This document shows positions 1-13,231 of a stretch of 37,770 nt of DNA, piece by piece. Within the stretch, counting starts at the first letter, position 1; every line of letters begins with the position of its first letter. This DNA comes from Spirogloea muscicola (Eukaryota): positions 690,780 through 728,549 of the forward strand of contig WELB01000026.1 in assembly GCA_009602725.1 (NCBI GenBank), read 5' to 3'. Under the pieces are notes generated by a model that saw only the letters and a program-made list of their open reading frames with translations, ran no database searches and had not been told where the DNA came from. A program made the position numbers and the translations under genes.

Positions 1-157
1 ACGTCAACCCGCCCCCGCCCGACGACCACGCGCCCCCTCGCACTCCTCGCGCCGCCCGCCGCCTGCAGTTGGCCCGGCCAACTACTAACCCGCAAACCCC
101 GGACCATTCCCCCGCCGCGCTCCAACCCCGGACTCCGTGGGAGCTCGCGCCGCCGCC

Positions 158-3100
158 ATGGCGCCCGCGGCCTCCGCCGGCGGTCGCCGCCTCCGCCTCG
201 CCGCCATTGTCCTCGCCGCCGCGCTCGCCAGGTGGGGCTCCCCCAAGCTCCGTCCTACCATTTCCCCGCAGCCCAGCTGGCGACTCAGCTCCGTGCCATG
301 CCCTTTGGCGCTCCGCTGTGGGTCGCTCTGGCGACGCCTGTCACTCCCGCCTCGTGGCGAGCAGCTCCCTCGTACCCAGTCTATGCTGTCCGGATAGCAC
401 GAAGGAGGCTGGGCCAGCGAGCCGGAGCAGCACTGTAGGAGCATTGTTGCTAGCGCTGTCGTCGTCGCTGCAACCCGCGTCACGCGTCACGGAGTCGCTG
501 GCTTCTGAGCTGCCCGCCTGAAGCTTGTACGGAAGTTTAGCTGCCACGGAAATGGGCAGCATCCTAGCTTTGCAATGAGCCTGCACTGCATGTGATCTGC
601 CTCTGGGCGGTGCAGTTCGCTGGGCTGTCTATGTAAAAATTTTGGACACACAGTCTACTTTCCTGCGTGTGGAAGAAGCAGGACAGATTTTCTTGGGTGT
701 ATGTATCGTACTTCTGAAACTCGCAGACCCCAAAAGCGGCTCGTGACTCAAGTAATAGCTGGATGCGGAAGCGCATCAGCTGGAGTAGATTCAGCTGATA
801 CCCATTCCCTCTTCACGGTTGCTGTGTCATGCAGATGCGCCAGTGCTAAGGTGGTGACCTACAATCTGACCATCTCTCAAGGCTTCTGGGCACCCGACTG
901 TGTCAAGAAGGAGGTTCGTCGATCCGACACCTGCCAGCTGTACAAGCAGGATATTTAGCGAGAGCTTAGCTCCTGTTCTGAGGTCCTGTAATTGGGATGC
1001 TGTTTAGCTGCTGAGAGCGAAGAGACCATGTGCAGGTGACTGTGCCATGTTTGCAAAGACAGCCAGTGATCTGTCAATGGCTTTGAGTAGTAGCAAGAAC
1101 TTGGAGTCTCCCCACTCCTTTGGCCTTGAGAACTGCGCACCTGGGCGTGTTGCCAGATGGCTCGTTAAGAACCCCAGGCATGACAGGTGACTGGAACTCT
1201 TATCTGGCTTGTGCTGCTTACATCCAGATCATTCTCATCAACGGAGTCTTCCCAGGGCCCACTCTCACTGCAACCGAGGGCGACACTTTGGTGGTCAACG
1301 TGCTCAATCAGCTCGTCCACCAGGGCGTGACCATCCACTGGCACGGCATCCGGCAGTACAAGACGCCATACGCCGACGGGCCCGCCTACGTCACGCAGTG
1401 CCCCATCCAAACGGACGAGGTGTACCAGTACAAGTTCACACTTGACAAGGTCTGACCATCCATCTGCGAGGCACCAGGAGTTGGCTGCGCTGAATGCAAG
1501 AGCCTTGCTACGGCCAGAGCTTGTGGTGCAGACAAGCAATAACAGGCTAGGTGCTAGCTGCTGCTTAAGCTGCTGGTGATGAGTCCGCTGCTAAATGGAA
1601 TCGGAGCTCTGCTGACGATGAGCTGCTGATGGTGTAGCTGCCCGTTTGCCAGTGCAGTCCGGCACCTACTTCTATCATGGGCACTACGGCCTGCAGGTGT
1701 CGAATGGCCTGACCGGCCTCCTTATCGTCAAGGAGAGCTCCTCGCCGACAAAGTTGTCAAGCCGCTTTCCGTACAAGATAGACGGCGAGATCTCTCCGCT
1801 TCTCCTCAACGACTGGTGGCACATGAGCATAGACGAGCAGGCGGCGGGCCTGAACTCGATACCATTTGGTTGGGTTGGTGAGCCCCAGGTAAATGAAGAA
1901 CCACAGCAGATGGGTGACCTCATGACAAGTTGCCTTCACTCAGTCTCATACTCTTCCATCTCCCCAAGCTGGCACGGGACACGATCCGGACAAATGGCTA
2001 TGTATCACTTCACATAAGGTGTCTTGCTTGCTGGAGACCAGAGCAACATTTTCTGTGGGTTTTAAATCATTTGCGCTCATTTGCGCCCACCATGTCCAGA
2101 TAGTTTCAACGGTGTACTCCATCACTAGAGAGCTGATGCTGCTCTTGTACTCCTTGCAGTCGCTTCTGATCAATGGCAGGGGCAAGTACAACTGCAGCCT
2201 GGTGCCCAAGGCAACTGTTGGTTCAGGGGATGCACTCACGTGCAATTCCAGCTCCCCCTCCTGCTCCTTGCCAACCATGACAAATCAGCTTCAACCTGGT
2301 CAGTCCTGGCAAAGAGCTCTCAGCACTGCATCAGATTGCTCCTAGTGGGTGTTGTGTGGAAGGCTGCCGTGGTTGACTGACCATGAACTCCCCTTATACA
2401 GGCAACCAGTCATACGCTTGCAGAGAGAGTAGCTGTGTGCTCCTTTACCACCTCTGTAGTCTAACAGTGACTTGCCTTGCTCATCATTGACAGGGAAGAC
2501 ATATAGGTGGAGAATTGTCAGTGCGGCCTCTCTGTCAACGCTGAATCTTGTGGTCGAAGGCCACAGGCTCACAGTGGTAGTAGCAGATGGCTGGCTGATG
2601 CAGCCATTCACAGTTTCAACGCTCAACATTTACTCCGGCCAGGCTGTCGAAGTGCTTCTGACCACCTCAAAGGTACTCAAGGCACAGCCATCGGCGGGAG
2701 TCTTGCACTGCTGGTGGCCACCTGAACTGGACCGCAGATCAGGCCCATGCCTGATAGCAGACAGTCGCTGTCATAAATACGTGACGTACTCCTTCTCACA
2801 AGCAGGGTTACTGTTTATGTTACTTCCACAGGTTGCCAAGAACTACTGGATAGGCATCAATGTGCGTGGGCGCAAGCCAAGCACTCCCACCGGATTGGCG
2901 GTGCTTAATCTGGCAGGTTAACTTCATACTGCTGCAGCTTACATGATATGACACATGGGAAGCCTCAGCCACTGAGATCAGTGAAGAGCTCGCAGATCTA
3001 CTGGCACCTGCACTTTTTGGTGTACATAGGTCCAGCTAACAGTGGGCTGGATTGTGTCAGGTGTTAGTCGTTCCGCCTTGCCAACGACTGCTCCTCCTGT

Positions 3101-4421
3101 CAGCCCACTGTGGAATGACACGGCTTCTAGCAAGGCCCAGCTCATCCAGTACAAGGGGAGATACGACGTGCGCAGCACTGCCCCCAAAGTACCAAAGAAA
3201 GCTGACCGTCAGATCATCTTGGTTGGGACACAAAATCTCATAAATGGAGCCATTCGATGGGCTGTCAACAATCGATCATACGTCTTGCCTTCAACGCCCA
3301 TCCTACTCTCGCTTGCTGTAAGAAGGCGGTTACTCGACTCGTGCATACCTGGGCTAGCCCTGCTGCGGCCAACTCTGCACGCCCCTAAGATTGAGCCTTT
3401 CCTGGCCATTAACATTCTAGCTTGGCATCTAAGTTGGACACTCGGCTGCACGGCTTACTTGTGCAGGACAATGTCAAGAATGGCTTTGACGTGAGTCCGC
3501 CGCTTGACAAACCAGCCTATGTCTTCGACTACACTCAGCCTCCACCCAACAAGAATGCGACATTCGGTCAACAAGTGTACACATTGCAGCCGGGATCCAC
3601 TGTGGACATCGTCATTCAGAATACCAACACGTTGACACCAAGTAAAGCACCCCTGGCTGGCCGCAAAATGCTGCTCATATGAGCAGCAGGAGCTGGCCTT
3701 TATGGAAAAGCTCTTATTAGTTTCTCATGCTGCTCTTTGACAAACTTGCCTTGTGTGGTGCCTTATGCTGCTTGCCAACCCTCAAGCTCTGCAACCTCGT
3801 CCATGGCATGTACAAACCTGCAGACAATAGTGAGTACCATCCCTGGCATCTGCATGGACATTCATTTTGGGTCGTTGGCTATGGCGACGGTGCATTCAAG
3901 TCAGCCAGCGATCCTGCCAAGTACAACCTAGTGGATCCTCCATACAGGCACTCTTCACCTGTCCTCCCTTATGGCTGGACCACGTTCCGCTTCATTGCTG
4001 ACAACCCAGGCGCATGGAATTTCCACTGCCACATCATATGGCATCAGGTGCGACATCATGACATTCTCAACATGGCCTTTGCTTAGCCTTCGCCTTTGTC
4101 TGAGCTCTGTTAGCCACACAGTCTGCAGCTAGATGTTGCATTTAGTTTCCACCCCAGTATGACAGTAAGGAAGATTGCCCTGGTCCCCAAGCACAATTTG
4201 CCAACAAAGCCGGGCTGCATGAGAGGATTTTTATATATTTGTGGCGGCATGGCTTGGTCATTGTCAATGGAGCCGCCTCGATTGCAACCAGTCAACAGAT
4301 GTGGTGATATATCTGGCAATCGTTACTCACACAGGTCTTAGGAATGGAGGCTGTCTTTGTCATCCCCGGGAAATTTGGCGATGCACCAAAAGACACCAAA
4401 AAGTGCGGACTAATAGAGTGA
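158..4421 (+). CDS. AO: L-ascorbate oxidase (secreted multicopper oxidase), 11 exons, about 583 aa
   Basis: Exons 158-231, 835-913, 1228-1449, 1658-1888, 2160-2298, 2494-2672, 2832-2916, 3061-3317, 3467-3641, 3824-4047 and 4335-4421 join in frame via GT-AG introns. Signal peptide [25 protein letters not shown]. Cu motifs [18 protein letters not shown] and [12 protein letters not shown] (axial Met). AO-type WAPDC and [18 protein letters not shown]. Confidence 0.92.
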
Positions 4422-4722
4422 GCTGTGGATGCTGTCCGAGATTTGACATTTACGAGCTGCAAAGTCAGAGCGATGATCATGCCTGACTTTGCCTTTTTCC
4501 AATAATAAGACTGGCTCTCCCAATGCCTTCGAATAATTATTCGGTGTACGGGTAGAGCACAGACAAGGTGTTCCCCAAACCACTGATCTTCAGGCCAATT
4601 AACCATGGCGTTCTGTTTACACTCAGCAAGTGCCTTAAGTGGTGGAAATTCTTTCTTTATGCAGGCTGCGTCATGCATCTATTAATGCATGTTTCTTGCC
4701 AAGTCTTGCTTGACCTTCAATT

Positions 4723-4910
4723 TACCGTGAAGGGATGCTTTGCGGCGGCTAGTCTTTCTGACTTGCGACTGCCAAGTAGAGGATACTAAGTGACTATCCT
4801 ACATGGGAGGTGAATACTTGTGTGGTTCAGCGCTTTTCGGCCCCTTCGGAATCTGTCAAGCCTCATCGGGCTGGCTTTCCCAGCCCTCCGCCCCATCGGA
4901 TGAGTACACA
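4723..4910 (+). mobile_element. Short 5'-truncated 3'-end relic of CRE-like RLE retrotransposon (type E)
   Basis: Encodes ...AAASLSDLRLPSRGY* (stop at 4789), like the C-termini at 28737 and near 35950. Followed by GGCCCCTTCG and the GGGCTGG-CTTTC-CCAGCCC hairpin (4868-4886). Confidence 0.8.
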
Positions 4911-5664
4911 TCTCCTTTTGAATTGATGATGACGTTCCAATCCATAGGTTGACCGCTGAACCTTCAATGATTTGACATGTCTTCACTAAGTGCAAATCCA
5001 CCTGAAGTCGTCCATGTGCTCACTATGGTCTCTTGTCAAGCGGAGCCTGGCAGTTTCAAGCAAAAGCCATCCCCATTTCCCCTACCTACGAGTCGTTACC
5101 TGCACTGGAGCCCAGATGGAAATCAGGACATTAGAGAATAGCAGGCGCTCTGAGGGAGATTTTTGGGAAACCATTATGGAAGCTGTGCTCATCAGCGCAC
5201 GTATCGTGTCTGCCGTGATGGGAGTTCGCTGCTCCACCATTAGCATGCAGACTAGTAAGCATAAACTAGCGGTGCTTGCACCTGTGCTGCTGTGCAACAT
5301 ATTTGCAGTGACGTAACTGCAAGTGCAATATTAGTAGAAGACAGCCACACGAGCAGCAAGGATACTCTCGAGCAGTGACGGCCATGCAGCATATGCCCAA
5401 GAAACCATGGCCCTGAGCACGATGTGCACGGCTGAGGGTCCTCCACTGAGACTTTTGTAGTAAGCAGTCTGCTCAGGAGTATGTCCAGTCTGCTCTATCA
5501 CGACAATTCCTCGGCATGCCGCAGAACAGAGCGAGCAGTCGAGCAGTGGGGAAGGTCAGTTGAGGATGAAGAGGTCAACAAAGATGGGCTCCTGGTCCAG
5601 TTCGTCGACAGGTCGCTGAGGGGTACCGTCGACAGCTTGCTCGACGGCGGCGGCGGCGGCGGCG

Positions 5665-7590
5665 ATGTCGGAGGAGGACGAGGCGGGCGGCAAGGTGGCG
5701 GGCGTGGCGAAGCTGGTGGGCGAGGACTTTGAGTTCGTGGTGCGCAAGTACAGCGTAACGCTGGGGCGCGCCAGCAAGCGCGGCGCAGTGGACCTCGACC
5801 TCGCGGCGCTCGGCGGCGGCATGAACATCTCCCGCCAGCACGCCTGCCTCTACTACTCCTTCGACCGCCGCCGGTGGGCCCTCGCCTCAACCCTAACCCT
5901 AACCCTGAACCCCTAAGTTGTAACTCCTAAGATCCAACCCCTTAGGAGCTACCATTCCTCACAACACTAGTGGCGCCATTGTCGCCGTGATGACGCTCTG
6001 AAGGCATAAGAGGAGCTGTGCGTAAACCCTGCCGTTAAATGTAGTAGCTGATCCCACCACCCTTGTAAGAGACTCCAATCTCAGCCAGCAGCCCCTCCGA
6101 TCGTTGTGGCGGTCACGTTAGCGCCGTCGTCTTGGCTGTGCCCGAGGCCAGGTTCGAGCTGGAGGTGCTGGGCAAGAACGGCCTGCACGTCGGCAGCGAG
6201 CTGCACCTAGGCGTTGGCCCAGCCGTGCCGCTGGCGTCTCAGGACCTGCTCCAGATCGGCGACAAGCTCTTCTACTTCCTCCTCCCCGCCGAGCTCAAGC
6301 CCAACGACTCCGCCGCTCACGACTCGCCCATCAAGGCCGCTGCTGCTCGCACTGACACCGCCACTGCTGCTGCAGCCCGTCCAGGCGGCTCTCCGCTCCA
6401 AGCAGGCCCACAGCCGGCCACTCCCGTTGATCGGCCAGCCATTGATGGTGTGACCTCAGTCCCTACACCGTTCGTTCACCTGTCCTTTGTCAAATAGCAT
6501 TGGCTGTGCCACGAGCTCAGTGGGTGTTGCCCTCGATATGTTAGCACTGCCCATTGCTGGCATTGTGCAGGTCTGGCCAAGCCAGCTGCGCCCTCCCGCC
6601 GGCAAGTCCTGCAGCCACCGGAAGGTGCTGCATCCGATAGTGAGCACCCTGGCAACAGCGGGAGCAGGTCGAGCCCCAACTCGGGTGGAGCAGCGCCTAA
6701 GAAAGGTGACGACCTTGATGAGGCAGGGCCAAGCCGGTCATGTGGCAGACACCAGCCTTCAGCACTGCCGCGCAACATGGTGCCTGAAACCTCAAGTGAA
6801 AAATAGCTAACTTCGCCTCGGCTCTGGTCCTAACACGGAACCTGGAGCTGCAAGTCTATCAGATCTGGATTCTGAAACCACACCTATGCTAGCTTTCTCT
6901 CTCACAAGTGGCGCTTTTGGGCTGCGAGCATGTCGCCATGCAGAAGCAGGAGAGCCACCGCGAGGGCCTGCGGCACCAGCATTTGCCACCGCGGTGGAGC
7001 TGCAGGTCAACGATGCCGTGGCTTCCATCCTGCACGCCAACAACCCCGGCGAGCCAATGGCGCTGGCCACTGTTAACCTGGAGGTGAGCTGCCCCCTTAC
7101 TTGCACCCCACTAGCGGGCCATGCCTGGGTCCCACTGCTTAGTCGTTGCCGCATCCCGCACTAGCATTTGCGCCAGGTGTGCCGTCCTAGATGGCTGCAA
7201 CGTATACTCCATTCTTAAGCGGCACCCAGACTTTTAGCCAGAATTGGTCACAAGCTTTTTCCCAGATCATAAAAGCCTGGACTCGCATCAGGCAGCTCTA
7301 GACTGAGCATAACATCTCCCGGCGGGGCTTGGTGCGGCGTTTGAGCGACACAGCTGCAGGCACAGTTTCCTGGCCTGTACGAGCAGGCGCAGCGTTTGGG
7401 CGTGCTACCGGTTGCCAACCAGCAGCCATCAAATGAGAAGCACTGGGCGGGCCTGGGCACACTGCTGGGCCGCAACACTCGCAACTTCACCCGCTCCGTG
7501 CGCCTCAAAGGGCGCGCCCTTGTCGACATGGTCGAGCTCCGGGCCCAGGCCTCCCGCCGCGAGCGCCGCAACATCGACCTCAACAACTAA
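5665..7590 (+). CDS. FHA2: FHA domain-containing protein FHA2-like, 5 exons
   Basis: Exons about 5665-5873, 6152-6447, 6571-6705, 6944-7083 and 7354-7590. FHA core AKLVGEDFEFVVRKYSVTLGRASK..VDLDL..GGGMNISRQHA..FELEVLGKNG..LASQDLLQIG. C-terminal KHWAGLGTLLGRN..KGR resembles plant FHA2. Confidence 0.85.
5888..5917 (+). repeat. Degenerate telomere-like (CCCTAA)n tract in FHA2 intron 1
   Basis: aaccctaaccctaaccctgaacccctaag. Confidence 0.6.
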
Positions 7591-7989
7591 GCATTCCCAC
7601 AGCGTGCAAAAAGAACACAGAATCTTCAACACATCGCACCGGCCAACACCAAATTAAAGCCAAGCAGTCTTTCAGTGGGCCCCTGCACATGTGACAAACC
7701 CCTCGCTACTGAGGCCCTCGTGTCTAGGCTTCTCCTGCAGTGCTGTCAGTCAGAGCCATTGTTTTGGCGGATTGGCAATGCTCACTAAGAGCAAGAGCAG
7801 CTTTGCAAGCCAGCTCAAAGGCAATGTGGCTAAAAGTGGCTCAATGGGAATGTGGCTCGAGACCTGTTACTAGAGATACAAACAAAATAGCCGCCTACAA
7901 AGCTCAATTTAGTCAAGCAAGCTCGCAGCGATGCTGGCCGGAGGGCACAGCTGATTGGCCAGCTGGGTCCTGCCAGGTTGCTGGCACTT

Positions 7990-10900
7990 TTAGACACTAC
8001 TATACAGACGGCGCAGGCTTGGGCAGCGGGACCTCATCCGGGCCAGTGAATCCGCTGTGAGCTGGTACGTGACAGCAAACATCATCGCATTGCTGTGTCA
8101 GTGTTCGCAGCAGTAACTCGAAGCAAAGCAACTCAGTCAAAACTGGTCAAGATGTACATGAGAGCACAACAGCAACCTGTAAAGTACACACAAATCCAAG
8201 CCAGCAAGCACTATGCAAGTGAATTCTCAGCCCTTCTATCAAGTCAGCCTTGTACGGCAAATGTCCTGCTCACCTTGGCACAGTTGCGGACATCCAGCGT
8301 CTCCAGCATGCTGCAACCAGCCAGTGCGCACTCCAGCGTAGACCCCTCCAAGGCACATCCCTGCGCACGCCAGCATTGAGCGGAGCACCAAAACAGTGAG
8401 CGCCAAGTCCATGTAAATGAATGCGTGTCTCAAGCACTGCTTGATGGAGATGAAGCCAACCCGTCTGTTCCGAAGGCTGAAGCATGCAGGAGTACTTGAC
8501 ATACGCACGTAACAGTTAGGATGCATGAAGCGGAAAGTTGTTGGCATGAGTTAAAGAGGGGCGCTGCAAATGACTGCCTGCAGGAGGAGGGAGTTGAGGC
8601 GCGGGCAGTCGAGCTCCAGCACCTCCAGCGCCATGCACTTGCTGCTCAAAGAATGCCAAGAGCCCTGAGCTCGCCCCTCACAGGCGCATGCAGGCGTCTT
8701 GCGAAACTGTGGCCAGCATTGAGCAAGAATTTCACGATCAACTTAGCCTGGTAATGGCAGCAGCAAGTGGCGCTTGGGCCTCACCTGAGCGTGAGGCTCA
8801 CAAGGCTGGGGCAGGCAAGCTGCACTGAGCGAAGGTTGGCAGCGAGTGCAATATTGAGGGCGGCGAGCCGGCCGCACGCCGCGCCGGGGGCGATGCGCAC
8901 GCTCCGCAGGCCATGGCAGCCCACACAGCTGAGCCACCGGAGGCCCCACCCGCTGCTGGCGCTGCCGCTGCCACTACCATAAGACCCGATGCAGGCCCAC
9001 AAGGAGTCGGCGACGTGTGGAGAGCCATTGAGCGAGACGTGCGTCAGGCGTGGGCACGAGCGCAGAAGCTCCTCCAGTGCCGGCGCGCGCAGGGAGGAGT
9101 ACGATGCGTCCAGCTCCCGCAGCGAGCGCAGTGGCGGCAGCCCGCCGTTGCCACTGCTATCGCTGCGGCTGCTGCTGCTGGCAACCTGGCACAGCGGAGT
9201 CAGAGCGTCCTGCTCTAGGTACTTGCACGCTGACAGCCGCAGCACCTGCAGTGCTCCACACCAACATCGTTAAGCAGGATGGCTGTCAGTAGCAGGAAAA
9301 AGAAGCGACCTTTTCCAATTGTATCAAAGAATAAAATGCTCTGAGATACTTGAGAAGTTGCAACATGAGAATTTATAGCTGGATATGCACGAGGCTCATG
9401 GCATCTGAACGTGTTTCAGGCTGGGAAATTAGTAGGGTACTTTGGGCCCAGGGGAGCGGGCATTGCCTGGAGCTTAGGACAGCAGGTGAGGATGGGCGCG
9501 AGGGCAGTGAGGAATGTGTAGGAGAGGTCGAGCGTGGTGAGCTCCGCGAGCGCGCGCAGTGCGAACAGGCCCTGCGACCGGAAGACGGGGCACGCCGCCA
9601 GCACGAGCGTGGACAGCCGCGGGGAGCTCCGCGCCACGTCCGCCAGGGAAGCATCGTCCAGCTGGCTGTGAGCAGTAAGCAAGGGGGGAGAAGACCATTA
9701 AGAGAAATTAAGGGCCATCATGCAAAGTCATTTAAGGGCCACAATACAAAGTCACGTCCATTTCTGGTTTTGAGCTCAGCTTCAGGAAGTGAGGAAGGTG
9801 AGGACAGACAAAAGGAGGTAAGGGGTCAGCAGGCATAAGAAGGCATCCTTAGCCGACCTGCAGTACGATGCATCAAGCGTGGTGAGCACGGGGCAGGTGA
9901 GCTCGAGCTTGCGCAAGCCGCCGCAGCCTTTGAGGTCGAGGCTGGCCAGGCTGCTCGCGCAGAGGCGCAGCGTCACGAGGTGGGGGCAGATGCCCAGGCT
10001 GAGCTCCGCCAAGCCAACCTGCGAAGCACTCACCAACATAGCGGCGCAATCATCACGCATGCCCCGAACTCGCGTCATCCTTTTACGAACCTTAAGGACC
10101 AGGCTTTAGAGTTTACATCCACAAGCTTATCACCATCTGGAGCCCAGCTTTGAGGTGCTGGCAATGAGGGCAAAGCCACGGGCACAGACCGGGTCAAGGC
10201 TGGCAGAGGCGAGGCGGTCGCAGCCCTCGAGCTGGAGGTGCCGCAGCACGGGGCAGGTGAGCGCGAGCGCCTCAAGCGAGGAGCAGCCGGCGAGCGACAG
10301 CGAGCGCAGAGAGGAGCAGCACAGCTTCACCTCCTGAAGGTTCTGCACAACAACCGCAGCCCTCATTGGCTCCATCGTCCGACTGAGAGGCCCTGGGAGG
10401 AGCGAGTCAGTTGACTTGCTTCCTCTCAGCTTACCTCGCAGGCATCGAGCAGGAGCAACAGCAGTCTGGGGCAGCCGCCGGTGCTGGCGTTACCGTTGCT
10501 GGAGAAAGTGGCCAGAGCAGCGTCAGGCAGCATGTCGCACTCGGACAGGTTCGCTGACAAGAGGCCGGGGCAGTCGAGCTCCAGCGAGCACAGCCGCGGC
10601 TGCGCCCGCAGTGCCAGCGTCTGCAGCCGTCGCACCGTGTAGGGCCGGCACGCGGGCATCAGGTAAGTACAGACCATGAATCGTCAACAACCCGCCTTAA
10701 ACTCAATGAGGTGTGGTCATGGCGCGCAGACATCAATGATCTGTTAGCTCATTGTGTCTGTGGAGCCCCTAGAGCAGGAAAGCGGCAGCAATTGCGACAG
10801 CAACAACGGTCCACACATACCTGCAGCGCCAGGGACTTGATGCTGACGGAGGCGAGGAACGGGCAGGAGGTGAGGGCGAGGGATGTGAGGACGGGTACGA

Positions 10901-12834
10901 CGAGCGTGAGCGCCTGCAGCTTGCGGCAGTGTGCGAGGGAGAGGGAGGCGAGCACGGGCAGGGAGAGCGCTACGGCGCCCAGCAGCCAGCACCGGTCGAG
11001 GCAGAGGAGCTCGAGCGCGCCCGAGTGGTTGAGCGCCTCCACCGCCTCTGCGCCGATCGCCTCGCAGCCCTCGAGGCGGGCCTCCACCAGCGCAGGCAGC
11101 CGCACGCCCTCGAGTGAGAGGAGCGGGCAGTGCGACGCGTCGAGGTGCGCGAGGCCTGTGCATGCGGCCCCCACGTCGTGCAGCGTGTCATCGGACAGGT
11201 TGGGGCACCCTGACACGTCGAGAGTGCGGAGGAGCAGGCACGATGTGGCAGCTTCGCGGACGGCGCTGTCAGCCAGCTTGGGGCAGCTGGCGAGGTCCAG
11301 TGTCCAGAGCGCGGGGCAGGCCAGCGACAGCGACGTTGCTGTGTTCTTGCGCAGCGACAGCGTCTCTAGCATCGGGCACCTGGAGGATAGGAGGATGGAG
11401 GAGGGAGGGGAGGAGAGATAGGGAAGGGAGGAGGGAGGAGGAGTGAGCACAGAGCAGGACTCTTCTGAAGCTGCCATTCAAGAACCCGACCATTGGCAGT
11501 AAGAATGCTGAGCGGCGGCAGTGCGGTCGTGGCAGCAGGGAGGAGCAGGGGGCACGGCGCACTTGATGGTGATGCGCAGGGCGCAGCAGCTGGTGATGCG
11601 GAGCGCCGAGAGCGTCGCGTGCTCGATGGCGACCTCGGGCGGCCCCCAGAACACCTCGTGGATGCTGAGACTCGTCAGCGTGGCGAACGTGGGCGTCGGC
11701 AGCTCCTTGCAGAGGGGCCGGCCGAGCTCGCACGCAGCGAGGGCGAGCTCCCGCAGCGCAGGCAGAGCCGGCGCTGCTTCCCATAGCAGCAGAGTCTGCA
11801 CGAGCAGGGCGTCGCCATCGGGGCCGTCGGCGGCTGCTCCGCTGCTGCCATTGCCACGTAGCGCCAGCGACGCGACGTGGGCGCCGTACCGCCTGCACAG
11901 GCGGAAGACCGTCGACTGCGCCAACTGGGGGCCGGTGAAGGCCAGGGAGCGCCAGAAGTCGGGGTGACGGCTCACGACTGCCCACTGGCGGCACACCGCC
12001 GCCGCGCTGCACAGGTCCCGCCGGCCCAGCATGGAAAAGATCTGCGTGCAGAGCCGCAGCTGCCATTGCCTCAACGGTCCGAGCACAGCAGCGGCAGCGA
12101 CGGCTGCGGTGCAGCATGCGCGGGCAGAGGCGCCAACGGCGACCGAGTCAGAGCGAGAGGGCTGCTCTTGCCTTGTGCACGAGATCGCTGGAGAAGTCCG
12201 CGGCAGCTGCACCACCGCAGCCGTCCTCGAGGTCAGCAGCGACACTGCTCCCGCAGCCGTGCGCGGCCGGCGGGACTGCCGCCTCCTCGACGGCCGGAGG
12301 CGCCGGCGCTGCGGCGACCGTCCTGGCCGAGTGCGACGAGCCGCCTGCCCAAAAGAGGCGCGGGCGCCTGCGCAGCCAGGCGCCGCAGCCGCCGTCGCCG
12401 CCGCCGCTCAGCTGCGGTCTTGCGGTCTTGAGGCCGTAACACAAGGGGCGACGTATGCCCGGCGACGGCGGCGGCAGCGGCTGCTGCGGCGGCAGTGACG
12501 GCGACGGCGGCGGCGGCGGCGGCGGGGTGGCGAGTCTCTGCCTGACGAGCCGGCAGGCATCGGCCTCCGCGGCGACCAGCTCGGCCTCCGCATCTGCCGC
12601 CGTCCCTGCCGCCGTTGCCGCCGCCGCCTCCATCTCCGCCGCGTGCGCCGGGAGCTCTCCACCGCCGCCGCCTTCATTGCCGCTGCCGCCGCCGCCGCCG
12701 CCGCCGCCTTCCGGCGGCCAGCTGAGGGCGAGGCCGAGCTCGGCGAACGTCGGGGGGAAGTCCCACTCGTCCAGCGCGTCGACGCCCCAGTCATCGCTGC
12801 TGCTCTCGCCGCCGCCGCCGCCGCCGCCGCCGCC
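7990..12834 (-). CDS. FBL15: F-box/LRR-repeat protein 15-like; 5' end lies in the N-gap
   Basis: F-box (QIFSMLGRRDLCSAAAVCRQW..SRHPDFWRSL) followed by many Cys-containing LRRs (LDLASCPKLAD, LSLGICPHL, LDLSYTFLT, LSACKYL). Last exons GCALEG..LETLDVRNCAK (8274-8360) and LTADSLARMRSRCPSLRRLYSSV* (7990-8061). Confidence 0.87.
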
Positions 12835-13231
12835 NNNNNNNNNNNNNNNNNNNNNNNNNNNNNNNNNNNNNNNNNNNNNNNNNNNNNNNNNNNNNNNNNN
12901 NNNNNNNNNNNNNNNNNNNNNNNNNNNNNNNNNNNNNNNNNNNNNNNNNNNNNNNNNNNNNNNNNNNNNNNNNNNNNNNNNNNNNNNNNNNNNNNNNNNN
13001 NNNNNNNNNNNNNNNNNNNNNNNNNNNNNNNNNNNNNNNNNNNNNNNNNNNNNNNNNNNNNNNNNNNNNNNNNNNNNNNNNNNNNNNNNNNNNNNNNNNN
13101 NNNNNNNNNNNNNNNNNNNNNNNNNNNNNNNNNNNNNNNNNNNNNNNNNNNNNNNNNNNNNNNNNNNNNNNNNNNNNNNNNNNNNNNNNNNNNNNNNNNN
13201 NNNNNNNNNNNNNNNNNNNNNNNNNNNNNNN
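12835..13231. other. Assembly gap (N run) covering the starts of FBL15 and the RNF25-like gene
   Basis: N run flanked by (GCC)n and other GC-rich sequence. Confidence 0.98.

Noticed and set aside
4990..5480. Short intergenic ORFs between AO and FHA2 (also 34950-35600)
   Set aside because: No recognisable motifs or coherent splice pattern.
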